DNA from: an uncultured Chloroflexia bacterium
Lineage (GTDB): Bacteria > Chloroflexota > Dehalococcoidia > DSTF01 > WHTK01
Length of the DNA stretch: 64,000 bases
Assembly: GCA_963731765.1 (NCBI GenBank)
Contig: CAVSWS010000004.1
Span: 26,670-90,669 of the forward strand
Reading direction: 5' to 3'
Of this stretch, positions 1-9,329 are shown piece after piece. The notes below the pieces were generated by a model. That model was not told the origin of the DNA. It did not search any database and worked only from the letters and a program-made list of their open reading frames with translations. Numbering within the stretch: position 1 is the stretch's first letter; each line of letters starts with the position of its first letter. Position numbers and translations under genes: made by a program.

Positions 1-596
1 ATCCAGCCGTCGCAGAACTGGACGACGCGGTCGAAGGTGGTGGGTCCGTCACCGCCCATGATGATCGGCGGGTGCGGCTTCTGCACGGGCTTCGGGTTGC
101 TGTAGAGCGGGTCGAAGTCGACGTACTGGCCGTGAAAGTCGGCCTGGTCCTGGGTCCACATCGCCTTCATGGCGAGGACGCGTTCTCGCAGGACGGGGAA
201 GCGCTTCTTGAAGGAGATGCCGTGATTCTCGACCTCCTCGGCGTTCCAGGCGCCGCCGATGCCGAAGATGAATCGGCCGTTGGAGACGCGGTCCAGCGTG
301 GCGATAGTCTTGGCCGTGGTGATGGGGTCGCGCTGGACGATGAGGCAGATGCCCGTCGCGAGCTTGAGGTCGCGCGTGACCATAGCGGCGGCGGTAAGGG
401 CGATGAAGGGGTCGTAGGAGTTGTAGTACTCGCGGGGGAGGTTCGGTCCGCCGGGCCACGGCGAGCGGCGCTCGACAGGGATGTGGGTGTGTTCGGGGAA
501 CCAGATGCTTTCGAAGCCCCGCTCCTCGGCACGACGAGCGAACTCGTCCGGCTGAGCGGTGTAGTCCGTCGGGAAGATAGTCAGTCCGAAGTGCAT
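1..596 (-). CDS. LLM-class F420-dependent oxidoreductase (Rv2161c-like); 3' end runs off the window
   Basis: Manual translation from ATG 596 (SD GGAGG at 601-605): MHFGLTIFPTDY...GFESIWFPEHTHIP...DPFIALTAAA...KLATGICLIVQRDPITTAK...GRFIFGIGGAWN...PKPVQKPHPPIIMGG; no stop before the window edge, so absent from the ORF track. Confidence 0.9.
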   Translation of the reverse strand, partial: MHFGLTIFPTDYTAQPDEFARRAEERGFESIWFPEHTHIPVERRSPWPGGPNLPREYYNSYDPFIALTAAAMVTRDLKLATGICLIVQRDPITTAKTIATLDRVSNGRFIFGIGGAWNAEEVENHGISFKKRFPVLRERVLAMKAMWTQDQADFHGQYVDFDPLYSNPKPVQKPHPPIIMGGDGPTTFDRVVQFCDGW

Positions 597-724
597 GGTC
601 CCTCCATGGTGAAGCGGCGGCTAAAGGCGCGTGGTGCTTAGCCTTGGCGATTCGGGCCCGTGCGTCAAGCCATCGTTTGTAGGGCGGGAATTACGTTGCC
701 TATAGTGAGCGCAGGAGACTGACG

Positions 725-1096
725 ATGGCGAAGTCGAAAAAGGCAGAGATCGAGATGCGGGCTGATGATGACGGCGAGGCTGCATTCATTGCCGGCACCG
801 CAGTACGCGTCTCTGATGTGGCGCGTCTTTATCCCCTCATGCAGGAAAAGATCATTATCGAGCGTATGCAGCGCCTGCTGCCCAACTTGACGCAGGAACA
901 AATTGCGGCCGCGATTGATTACTGGCGCGCTCACGGCACTCAAATTCAGACTCAGGTCCACGCCAGTGAGGGAGGCCTAACGTCTAAGGAGACGCAGGCT
1001 TTCTACGACGTCTCGATGAGTGCATTCGCGGATGACTGGGAAAGTGACGAGGACGCGGTCTACGACGACATCCTGACAGATGCCGATTCACGGTAG
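725..1096 (+). CDS. DUF433-like protein with acidic antitoxin-like C-terminal tail (putative antitoxin)
   Basis: SD AGGAG; DUF433-like pattern FIAGTAVRVSDV...LPNLTQEQIAAAIDYW; tail AFADDWESDEDAVYDD; overlaps a toxin remnant. Confidence 0.6.
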   Translation: MAKSKKAEIEMRADDDGEAAFIAGTAVRVSDVARLYPLMQEKIIIERMQRLLPNLTQEQIAAAIDYWRAHGTQIQTQVHASEGGLTSKETQAFYDVSMSAFADDWESDEDAVYDDILTDADSR

Positions 1097-1332
1097 AGGG
1101 GACGTCGTAATCGTTTTATCCCTTTTCCGATGGCAGTGGCGTACCAAGCCCAGGCCCGCCGTCGTGGTGAGTTCGGATGAGACAACGAGTGGGATTACGC
1201 GCGCCTTCTCGAGTTCGTGCGAGCAGGATTGCCGCGGTTCAACTCGATAGGGTCCGCTTAAACCTCGGCCGGCTCTCGCAAGAGGATCTGATTCTTCTGG
1301 AGACTAACCTTCGCAGAGCTCTGGGGCTGTAG
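1080..1332 (+). pseudogene. Decayed PemK/MazF-family toxin
   Basis: Motifs lie in different frames: MPIHGRGDVVIV / YPFSDGSG / TKPRPAVVVSSD ... PSRVRASRIAAVQLDRVRLNLGRLSQEDLILLETNLRRALGL*; several frameshifts and the middle is missing. Confidence 0.7.
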
Positions 1333-1340
1333 CTAGCGGA

Positions 1341-2988
1341 CTAGCGCGCTTCGATGCGGACGCGGCCTTTGGTGCCGTCTACTGTGAGCGACATGCCGTC
1401 TTTGATCGTGGTGGTGCCGATGCGGGTGCCGACCACGGCCGGGAGGTTGAACTCCCGCGCGACGATGGCGCAGTGGCTGAGCACCCCACCTGAATCGGCG
1501 ACGACGGCGCCGACGGTGGCGAACAGGGGTACCCAGGTGGGCAGGGTCATCTCGCAGACCATGATGTCGCCATGCTGAAGCTTGCTCGCCTCGACGAGCG
1601 TGCGCACGACCTTGGCGGTGCCGGTGTAGGCGCCGGGCGAGGCGGCGACGCCGTTGATCACATCGGCGTCCTTGCTGGCTTCGACGGGCAGCAGGCCGAG
1701 CATCTTGTCCACGAGCGAGACGAAGAAGGGGTCGGCAAGGGCAGGCGTGGGCTCTCCGAGGTGGTCCGGCGGGACGACCCTGGCCCATTGCTCGAGGTCG
1801 GCTCGGCGCGCTGCCACGGCGTGCTTCATCTCGGTGCCGTTGGCGAGAGCGTTACGCAGCTCGTCTTTGTAGAGGAAGAAGACGTCCTCCGGCGACGCGA
1901 TCTGGCCGCGCTCGACGAGGCGGCCAGCGAGCTGGAGGGCGAATCGGCGGAAGGTGGCGATGCCCATCTGGTCGATCCAGTAGCTGTGGTCCTCGGTGAC
2001 CTGGAGGTTGTAGCGGGAGGCGGCCAGCAGCTCGTCCAGGCGCGCCAGCTTGTCGGGTTGACCGGCGAGGCGGGCCTTGGCGGTAGCAACGAGGTCCTCG
2101 CGGCGGCGGACGGCGCGGTGGAAAACGGCTTCGGGGTCGTTTTCATCGGAGAGCGTGAGGTAGCCCTGGATCGTGTTGAGGGGAATCGCCAGGTTCTCGC
2201 GCCAGGTGGCCTCGGCGATCTCGTAGATGCCGTCGCTGCGCCAGCCGAACTTGTCGAGGAACTCGCGCAGCTCGGTGAGGAAGGCAGCGCCCTCGTTCGA
2301 GAAGCCAAGGGCAACTTCGATAGCTTTGGGGTCGCCGCTCTGGAAGATCTGCGAGAGGGCTTCGCTGGCTCTTGACGATGCGGCTCAGTCGCCAGAGGCC
2401 GGCCGCGGCTTCGAGCGACTTGGTGCGGTAGCCCTGCATGAGCTCGTACGCCTCGGTGCTGTCTTCCGGCTTGAGCTCTGCGTTGTAGAACTCCGTGAGG
2501 GCGTTGGAGGGGACGAGCACGAGGTTGATCCAGCCGTGGATGGTCCAGAAGAAGACGAGGTTCTGGAGCTGCTCGTCCAGGGCGGTTAGCAGGGCATCGT
2601 CGCTCAGCGAGGTGTAGTCGGTAGTGCGCGCCTTCTCCAGCATGGGGATGAGGGAGGGCTCCCATTCGTTCACCCAGCGCTCGCCGATGTGCATGGCGTC
2701 GGTCGAGAGCATCTTCTCGTAGCGGTCCTGCAGGGCTTCGGGCGTCTCCGTTATGCCGGTGTAGTCGGGCCGGAAGGAGGAGTAGAAGTAGTTGTTGATC
2801 ATGCGGCACTTGAGAGAGAGCGGCGTGCCGAAGGCGTGCTGGGCGATCGTGAAGCCTTCGCCCATGGCCATGACAACGGCGTCTCCGGCCAGCGGTGTCA
2901 GCGGCCGAGGGGCGTGGATCTTGTCCCAGTCCCAGTAGCCGTCGATTTCATCCTGCGAAGGGAAGCCCTCCTGGGTTTGCGTGGCCAT
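1341..2988 (-). pseudogene. PEP-utilizing His-swivel phosphotransferase subunit lacking an ATP-grasp domain; one frameshift near 2370 (real or assembly indel)
   Basis: ATG 2988 with SD GGAGGAG; N-part YWDWDKIHAPRPLTPL; after a one-base shift at ~2370 the frame continues to GVAASPG...GGVLSHCAIVAREFNLPAVVG; span is 1648 nt (3n+1). Confidence 0.8.
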
Positions 2989-3193
2989 GATGCTCCTCCA
3001 GCCAGCAGCGTGCGGTCCGAAAATTTCGGGGACTCGTGTGACGTGGGCGAACGTTATCAGGTGGCGATCAGGCCCGCAAGCTGGTGGCGACACGACACCA
3101 GTTGGTGTGTGGTGGTCGGGTGGGTGTACCGCGGGCTGAAACTCGCGGCGTGTGGGAATCCGGCGCTCTGCGTCTGGTTGCGAATGGAAGCAG

Positions 3194-3220
3194 AAAGGCG
3201 AGGAACAGCTCCTCGCCTTT
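3194..3220 (-). terminator. Intrinsic terminator downstream of the 3242-3697 gene
   Basis: 11-bp inverted repeat AAAGGCGAGGA/TCCTCGCCTTT with a 5-nt loop. Confidence 0.75.
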
Positions 3221-3241
3221 TCTGCGCTGATTGCGTTTGTG

Positions 3242-3697
3242 CTACTGGTTTGGCGGGACCGGGATCATGGGGCACTCGAAGCTGTCGCTGACCGGCAGCA
3301 GGGTGGCATCCCCGGCATTGACGGCGGCTTCGATCTCCGCGGCGCTATCGAAGTCGCCGCTGTTGTTGGTGTCGTAGGCGGCGAGGGCGGCGTCGTAGTC
3401 GTTGAAGCTGACGGGGACGACCATCCAGCGACCGCCGTTGAAGTTGGGCGCACCCGGGGCTGCATCGGCCACGTTGTGGTCCTGGTAGTCCGAAAGGGCG
3501 TAGATCGTGTCGAAGCTGTGATCCGGAGCACCGGTCTTGGCGAAGTGATGGGTAGGCGTGGCAACGGTGCGATACAGGGCACCGTTGTAGTAGATAGCCG
3601 GTCCGGTAATGCCGCCCGATCCGTTGGATGCAGCGGCAATAGAGGTGATGGCGAACACCGCCACAAGGGCGGCGGCCGCACTAACAAGCCATTTCAT
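3242..3697 (-). CDS. Secreted hypothetical protein
   Basis: SD GAGGAG; signal peptide MKWLVSAAAALVAVFAITSIAAA; 151 aa; EF-hand-like loop DTNNSGDFDSAAE. Confidence 0.75.
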   Translation of the reverse strand: MKWLVSAAAALVAVFAITSIAAASNGSGGITGPAIYYNGALYRTVATPTHHFAKTGAPDHSFDTIYALSDYQDHNVADAAPGAPNFNGGRWMVVPVSFNDYDAALAAYDTNNSGDFDSAAEIEAAVNAGDATLLPVSDSFECPMIPVPPNQ

Positions 3698-4009
3698 TCT
3701 GTTTCGTTCTCCTCATGAGATTTGCCGGCCAGCAAGAGTGAGGCTACGGCTCAGTTCTGTCATGGGAGTGACGAATCTTACTTTTCCCTGACGAGTTCGG
3801 GCCTGAAGTTTGGGAGGCAGGACAGGCGACTTGCAGGGAATCAAGAGCCGGGCCGCTATAGAAAACACTCATTTAACAGTTGCTTATTGGGCACTAAGTA
3901 CCCACTGCTGATACTGACTATGTGGAGCGGGCTGCTCCTATGAGCTGTGCGGTGGGGGTGTGGTATCGTGAGTGGTATAGGTAGCAGCCCGCTTTCTCAT
4001 AATCAAATT

Positions 4010-4708
4010 ATGGCCAATACAATCCTGGTGGTTGACGATGAAAAGAATATCGTTCAGCTTGCCCGTCTCTATCTCAGCAATGAGGGCTACCAGGTAGAAG
4101 AGGCCTACGACGGCAAGCAGGCGCTGGACAAAGCCCGCACCCTGAACCCCGACCTGATCGTGCTCGACATCATGATGCCGGAACTCGATGGCATCAGCGT
4201 GTGCAAAGAGCTGCGCAAGACGTCCAACATTCCCGTAATCATCTTGACGGCGCGCGATGACGACGTGGACAAGATCGTCGGCCTGGAAGTGGGCGCGGAC
4301 GATTACGTTACGAAGCCTTTCAACCCCCGCGAGCTGGTAGCGCGTGTCAAAGCGGTGCTGCGACGTACTCAGAACTCGGTTGCACCCGACGCCGTCCTTG
4401 AAGTGGGCGACATCAAGCTGGACCCGGCTCGGCGCGAGGTGTGGGTTGCCGGCAAATCGGTGAGCCTGCGCGCGAAAGAGTTCGACCTCCTGACCGCATT
4501 CATGCGCCACGAAGGCGTTGTTCTGGACCGCGAGAGGCTTCTGAGCCTGGTCTGGGGCCAGGACTTCTACGGCGACACGCGCACGATTGACGTACACGTT
4601 GCCTGGCTGCGTGAAAAGCTGCATGGTGCGAAGGCGCGGGTCCAGACCGTATGGGGGGTGGGCTACAAACTTGTCCTGGATGAGCAGGCTACTGCCGCGA
4701 AGCCTTAG
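4010..4708 (+). CDS. OmpR/PhoB-family response regulator
   Basis: ILVVDDE, LIVLDIMMP, ILTARDD, GADDYVTKPF, RTIDVHV, QTVWGVGYK; start placed 6 nt after CATAAT (3998-4003). Confidence 0.95.
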   Translation: MANTILVVDDEKNIVQLARLYLSNEGYQVEEAYDGKQALDKARTLNPDLIVLDIMMPELDGISVCKELRKTSNIPVIILTARDDDVDKIVGLEVGADDYVTKPFNPRELVARVKAVLRRTQNSVAPDAVLEVGDIKLDPARREVWVAGKSVSLRAKEFDLLTAFMRHEGVVLDRERLLSLVWGQDFYGDTRTIDVHVAWLREKLHGAKARVQTVWGVGYKLVLDEQATAAKP

Positions 4709-6191
4709 ATTCCGCCTTATATTCTCGTTTGGCCTCCTGATTTTCGTCACGTTGTTCCTGGCGGGAAGCGCGACGGTCTACCTGCTCCGGCAGCAGCAGG
4801 AGGAGGCGGCGACGGAACGTGTCGGCCTGCTCGCGGACCCGATGTCTCGTCGCGCCGGCGAGCTGGAGTACATCGGCGGCACGCCCAAGCAGATCATCGA
4901 TATCCTCAAGTCGGAGTACTCGTACGAGGGCGTGCGCATACTCCTCGTCGATAGCAATGACGTGGTGGTCGGCGACAGCGCGAACGATGCCCTGAAGGGC
5001 CAAACCCTGTCGCAGATCTCCAGCGCGGATGGGAACTCCGAGGTTAACGAGGACCTGCAGTACCAGGTCTCGACTCTGAACCGTGGGCCGGACGACCTGC
5101 TCCTGTTTACAACCACCCGATACGGCCGGCCCGGCTACGTGATCCCGTTCACGCCGACGCTGCAGACGATTGTCGCGGTGGACCAGAGCGACATCCAGGG
5201 TGCGTGGCGGGACCTTATGCCGCGTCTCTTCCTCGCCGGCGGTATCGCGCTGTTCTTCGGGGTGATCGCGGCCGGCCTGCTGGCGCGGTCGATTACGCGG
5301 CCACTGGCACGGATCACCGCCGCGTCCGAAGAGATGGCGCAGGGCAACTACGAGCAGCAGATCCCGGCCTACGGCGGCGATGAGGTGTCGCGGCTGGCGA
5401 GCGGGTTCAACGCGATGTCGCGCCAGGTCAGCCGGTCGCACCGCACCCTGCGCGACTTCCTGGCCAACGTATCGCACGAGCTCAAGACGCCCCTTACGTC
5501 CGTGCAGGGGTTCTCGCAGGCGATGGTCGACGGGTCGCTGACACGACCGGAGGACTACGCGGAAGCCGGCCGCATCATCAACGACGAGGCGGTGCGTATG
5601 CGCGGACTGGTCGATGACCTGCTGTACCTTTCGCAGGTGGAGCAAGGCGAGTTCAGCGTGCAGCTGGACGACATGTCGCCGACGGAGCTGCTGCGGGCGA
5701 CCCAGGAGCGCTTCGAGCGCCGAGCGGAGCACGCCGGCGTGAACCTGACGATCGAGGCCGGGGATACGCCGATCATCCGGGCAGACGGGCGGCGACTGGA
5801 GCAGGCGCTGGCGAACATCGTCGATAACGCCGTGCGCCATACACCCTCCGGCGGCAGCGTGACGCTGACCTCCGTGGCAGACGATGGGCATATCCAGCTA
5901 TCGGTGCACAATACAGGTTCCGTAATCCCTCCCGAGGCGCTGCCGCACGTGTTCGATCGCTTCTTCCAGGCAGACCCGGTGGGTGCGCGCGCCGACGCGA
6001 ACACGGGCCTGGGCCTGGCGATCACGCGGGAAATCGTGCAGGCTCACGGCGGCAGCGTGGAGGTAAAAAGCTCCCCGGAGGACGGGACAAGGTTTACAAT
6101 AACGCTGCCGGCAACGCAGTCGACGTCAGCCAATGGCAATACTCCTAGGAGTAACTTAGTCTGGTCAGCTCCCGGGTCCTCCCGCCCCTGA
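4680..6191 (+). CDS. HAMP-domain sensor histidine kinase
   Basis: Two TM helices, HAMP, H-box FLANVSHELKTPLTS, N-box NIVDNA, DRFFQ, G-box TGLGLAI; overlaps the regulator end. Confidence 0.95.
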   Translation: MSRLLPRSLRFRLIFSFGLLIFVTLFLAGSATVYLLRQQQEEAATERVGLLADPMSRRAGELEYIGGTPKQIIDILKSEYSYEGVRILLVDSNDVVVGDSANDALKGQTLSQISSADGNSEVNEDLQYQVSTLNRGPDDLLLFTTTRYGRPGYVIPFTPTLQTIVAVDQSDIQGAWRDLMPRLFLAGGIALFFGVIAAGLLARSITRPLARITAASEEMAQGNYEQQIPAYGGDEVSRLASGFNAMSRQVSRSHRTLRDFLANVSHELKTPLTSVQGFSQAMVDGSLTRPEDYAEAGRIINDEAVRMRGLVDDLLYLSQVEQGEFSVQLDDMSPTELLRATQERFERRAEHAGVNLTIEAGDTPIIRADGRRLEQALANIVDNAVRHTPSGGSVTLTSVADDGHIQLSVHNTGSVIPPEALPHVFDRFFQADPVGARADANTGLGLAITREIVQAHGGSVEVKSSPEDGTRFTITLPATQSTSANGNTPRSNLVWSAPGSSRP

Positions 6192-6208
6192 TAGCCCTTG
6201 CTCTGCTC

Positions 6209-6739
6209 ATGCTCGTCGTCAGCCTGGCGCTGGTTCTCGTGCTGGCGTCGGGGGGCGACGACAACAAATCGGCCATCGCAGCGGCCACACCGACGCGGGT
6301 GACGATTGTCGCCACGCCCACGCGCATCCCGGCACCGACGGCCACGGTGCAACCGACCGCGGTGCCCACCCTGACAGCCGATGTGCTGGCGCGCGTCCAG
6401 GCGCTGCCGGAGAAGCTGCGCGGCGACACGCTGGCGGCGTACGCGAGCGGCGAGCTGAGCGTGGAGCAGCTGCAGGAGATCCTGCTGGACTACGAGAACC
6501 GCAACCCGGCCGTGCGCGTCGGGACGGTGCTCGGCGTGTCGGAGGCCAACCTGCGCTTCGAGGTGTTCACTACGGGCGACCAGGTGGAAGTCGCCACGAA
6601 CAACAAGACGCAGATCCGGCGCGGCGCCAGCAAGATCGGTCTGAGCGCGCTGACGCCGGGCGAACTGGTGATGGTCGTGTCGTCGGACGATGGCTCGACG
6701 GCGCTGACCATCGATGCGCTTGGGGTGCAGGCGCCGTAG
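6209..6739 (+). CDS. Membrane-anchored protein with Thr/Pro linker and C-terminal DUF5666-like (OB-like) domain
   Basis: Hydrophobic N-terminus, PTATVQPT linker, GTVLGVS...TQIRRG...LSALTPGELVMV; start uncertain. Confidence 0.6.
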   Translation: MLVVSLALVLVLASGGDDNKSAIAAATPTRVTIVATPTRIPAPTATVQPTAVPTLTADVLARVQALPEKLRGDTLAAYASGELSVEQLQEILLDYENRNPAVRVGTVLGVSEANLRFEVFTTGDQVEVATNNKTQIRRGASKIGLSALTPGELVMVVSSDDGSTALTIDALGVQAP

Positions 6740-6767
6740 GACCTGGCGAGGCCAGTACAGGGCAGTT

Positions 6768-6894
6768 CCCTCGCCCCGCTGGGGAGACGGCCAGGGTGAG
6801 ACCCTCTCGGAACGCGCAGGAAAGCGCTTTGTAGCGTGGGGAACCTCACCCCGCCGACCGCAGCCGGCACCCCTCTCCGACCTCGGAGAGGGGA
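6768..6894. repeat. CCCTCACCC/CCCTCTCC-type intergenic palindromic repeats (two units)
   Basis: 6768-6800 is a reverse-orientation homolog of 12235-12266; hairpin CCCCTCTCCGA-CC-TCGGAGAGGGG at 6870-6893. Confidence 0.65.
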
Positions 6895-6970
6895 AGCCTG
6901 GTACGGATTGTCGCCATCGACTCGTGCGTCGCTTGAGCCTTCAGCGACCAGCGGAAGGCTCACTGCCGCC

Positions 6971-8350
6971 CTAGCTTGTTGGGATCTCGGCCGCCGCTGC
7001 TTGCGCCTTTGCCTCCGCGAGGGGGTAGGCCTCCATCTCGACGGTCGTGGGGTCGTCCTGGGTGCCGAGCGTGCGCCAGTCTTCGCCGGGGGCGAGGATC
7101 TTCTCCGCGGAGTAGACGCGCGCCAGCTCCGGCGATGGCTGGATGGCAGGCGGCTCGATGCCCTTCTGGTCGAGGTCGCGGGCAGCCTGTAGCAGCATGC
7201 GTCGCATGTGGATGATCGCCTTGTCCGTGTTGCCGAGGTGCTCCTGCGAGCGGTTGTAGACGGCGCCCATGCTCTCTGTGGCCATGAGGTCCTGGCTGAC
7301 GAAGTTCTCGATGCCGGTGAAGAGGTCCTTGCCCTGGACACCACGGTCGATCTGGTAGTCGTTCTCGGGCAGCCACTTGCGCTCGATGAGCCCGTTCATG
7401 GCACCGGCGCCGGTGGGGCCGCCGTAAGGGAACTTGTAGGGCGTGCCGCCGGGTGTGTTCGCTTCGTAGCTGAAGGGGCGGTTGAGCATGCCGGAGCTCA
7501 CCGTGAAGCGCCAGCAGGTCTCGTCGTCGCGGGGCACGAAGGTGGTGCCGCCGGCGCGGATCGGCATGCCGGCCACGATGGTCTGGTAAGGCATGATCCA
7601 GTGCGTGACGCGGACGTGGGTGTGGCCGTTCGGCGTGGTGCGGATGCCGGCGTACTTGAAGCCGTAGAAGGTGTCTTCGACCTCGAGCCGCGGGGCGCGG
7701 TCCTGGGTCCAGAGGTACCACGACTTCGCCTGCGAGGGGTAGCCGGGCTTGTCCGTGCCGTCGTCCGGCGTGTCGAAAAGGTCGAAGTAGGCGTGGAGCC
7801 AGGAGATGTGCGAGGTATCGATGTTGCCTTCGAGGGCCTGGATCCAGTTGCAGTATGTGATCTGCTTGGCGGCACGACCGGCACCGTCCTGCATCACTTC
7901 GGTGCCGAGGTCTCGGAAGGGCGGCGTGGTCTCGGCCGGGCCCATGTAGGCCCAGACGATGCCGCCGGACTCGTGCGTGGGGTAGGCGCGGATGCGCACC
8001 TTGTTCTTGAAGTTGCTCTCGGCGGGTTCTGACGGCATGTCGACGCAGGCGCCGGTCGTGTCGAACTTCCAGCCGTGGTAGACGCAGCGCAGGCCGGCTT
8101 CCTCGTTGCGGCCGAAGAACATCGACGCGCCGCGGTGGGGGCATGCCTGGACGAAGAGACCGACCTTGCCCTCGCTGTCGCGGAAGGCGACGAGGTCCTC
8201 GCCCAGCAGGCGGACGCGGAGGGGCGGACCGTCCGCCTCCGGTAGCTCGGCGGCGAGCAGCGCGGGCGTCCAGTAGCGACGCAGCAGCTTGCCCATGATG
8301 GTCTCGGGGCCGACGCTGGTGAGGGTCTTGTTGTCTTCCGGCGATAGCAT
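6971..8350 (-). CDS. Rieske non-heme iron oxygenase alpha subunit (phthalate 4,5-dioxygenase/LigX-like), paralog 1
   Basis: Rieske motif CPHRG...CVYHGW; mononuclear Fe motif EGNIDTSHISWLH; distal QDLMATESMG. Confidence 0.93.
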   Translation of the reverse strand: MLSPEDNKTLTSVGPETIMGKLLRRYWTPALLAAELPEADGPPLRVRLLGEDLVAFRDSEGKVGLFVQACPHRGASMFFGRNEEAGLRCVYHGWKFDTTGACVDMPSEPAESNFKNKVRIRAYPTHESGGIVWAYMGPAETTPPFRDLGTEVMQDGAGRAAKQITYCNWIQALEGNIDTSHISWLHAYFDLFDTPDDGTDKPGYPSQAKSWYLWTQDRAPRLEVEDTFYGFKYAGIRTTPNGHTHVRVTHWIMPYQTIVAGMPIRAGGTTFVPRDDETCWRFTVSSGMLNRPFSYEANTPGGTPYKFPYGGPTGAGAMNGLIERKWLPENDYQIDRGVQGKDLFTGIENFVSQDLMATESMGAVYNRSQEHLGNTDKAIIHMRRMLLQAARDLDQKGIEPPAIQPSPELARVYSAEKILAPGEDWRTLGTQDDPTTVEMEAYPLAEAKAQAAAAEIPTS

Positions 8351-8515
8351 GGCATGCTCCTCAGCTTCGTTCGAAGTGTGTAAGTAGAGTCTACGAGCAT
8401 CGAAGGATTCTGTCGTGTAGGACGCGGCCGGTGCCCGCAGATAACAGAGATCTGATAGCAGTGGGCCTTGCAGAGCCTGTCCCGTGCTCTCTGTTACCTG
8501 CTACTCGTCTACTCG

Positions 8516-9298
8516 TCAGGGCATGAGGAACCACGGCGGCGCGCGGAGCCTCGATGGGACATGGGGCAGAACGAGGCGCGAGGCCCTGCACGTCGCCTCG
8601 AGGGCGCGCTGGCGGTTGGGGCCCCAGGCGAGGCCGAACTGGGACCGCAAGGGCTCCGGCAGCAGGCCGGCGGTGAGGACGCGTACCGAGTCCATGACGG
8701 GCCAGGTAAGGACGTTCGAGGCGAAGAGCGCCTCGGTGATCTCGCGGGCTTCATCCGAGACGACAAGGGTGCGGCACATGCGGTCGACGTAGGCTTCGAG
8801 GGCGTCGAGGTTCGCCGGCATGACGTCCTCCGGAATGCCCAGCAGCGAGCCGACGTGGCACATGTCGGCGTAGTAAGCGTCGCGTTCGGCAGGGTCGAGG
8901 GGGCGGACGAAGCGCTCGTGCATGAACACGGACGTGTCGATGAGGGTGGCGAGGACCCAGAGCAGCAGGTCGGGGTCCGTGGCGGCGTAGGTCGCGCCCG
9001 TGACGCGCTCGTGGATGCGGTTGATGCCGGCAGCGGCTTCGAGGGCCTGCTGCCTGGTGCCGAAGACGATGGCGAGGGTGGGCCGCAGGGTGCGGAGGAG
9101 GCGGTCGATGCGGTCGGCACGGAACCGGCTGTGCTCGGCGACGCCCTTCGCGACGGAGGGGTGGGCGATCTGCATGAGCAGCGCTCGGCCGCCGCCGAGG
9201 AGCAGTACGCCCTCACGGTGCACTCGGCGGGCCATGCAGTCGTCCGGGAAGGGGAGGAAGGCCGGTTCGAGGGACAAAACGGGGTTTGGGGTAGTCAC
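8516..9298 (-). CDS. Oxygenase MpaB/DUF2236 family protein
   Basis: LLLGGGRALLMQIAHPSVAKGVAEHSRF...DRLLRTL...IHERVTG..YAATDPDLLLWVLATL; start uncertain (GTG 9298 chosen). Confidence 0.85.
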   Translation of the reverse strand: MTTPNPVLSLEPAFLPFPDDCMARRVHREGVLLLGGGRALLMQIAHPSVAKGVAEHSRFRADRIDRLLRTLRPTLAIVFGTRQQALEAAAGINRIHERVTGATYAATDPDLLLWVLATLIDTSVFMHERFVRPLDPAERDAYYADMCHVGSLLGIPEDVMPANLDALEAYVDRMCRTLVVSDEAREITEALFASNVLTWPVMDSVRVLTAGLLPEPLRSQFGLAWGPNRQRALEATCRASRLVLPHVPSRLRAPPWFLMP

Positions 9299-9329
9299 GA
9301 TGGCTAAGTCTCTACGTATACTGTGCGGC

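Noticed and set aside
1341-2988. Full rifamycin phosphotransferase (rph)
   Set aside because: No N-terminal ATP-grasp domain; at ~548 aa it is far shorter than RPH; substrate unknown.
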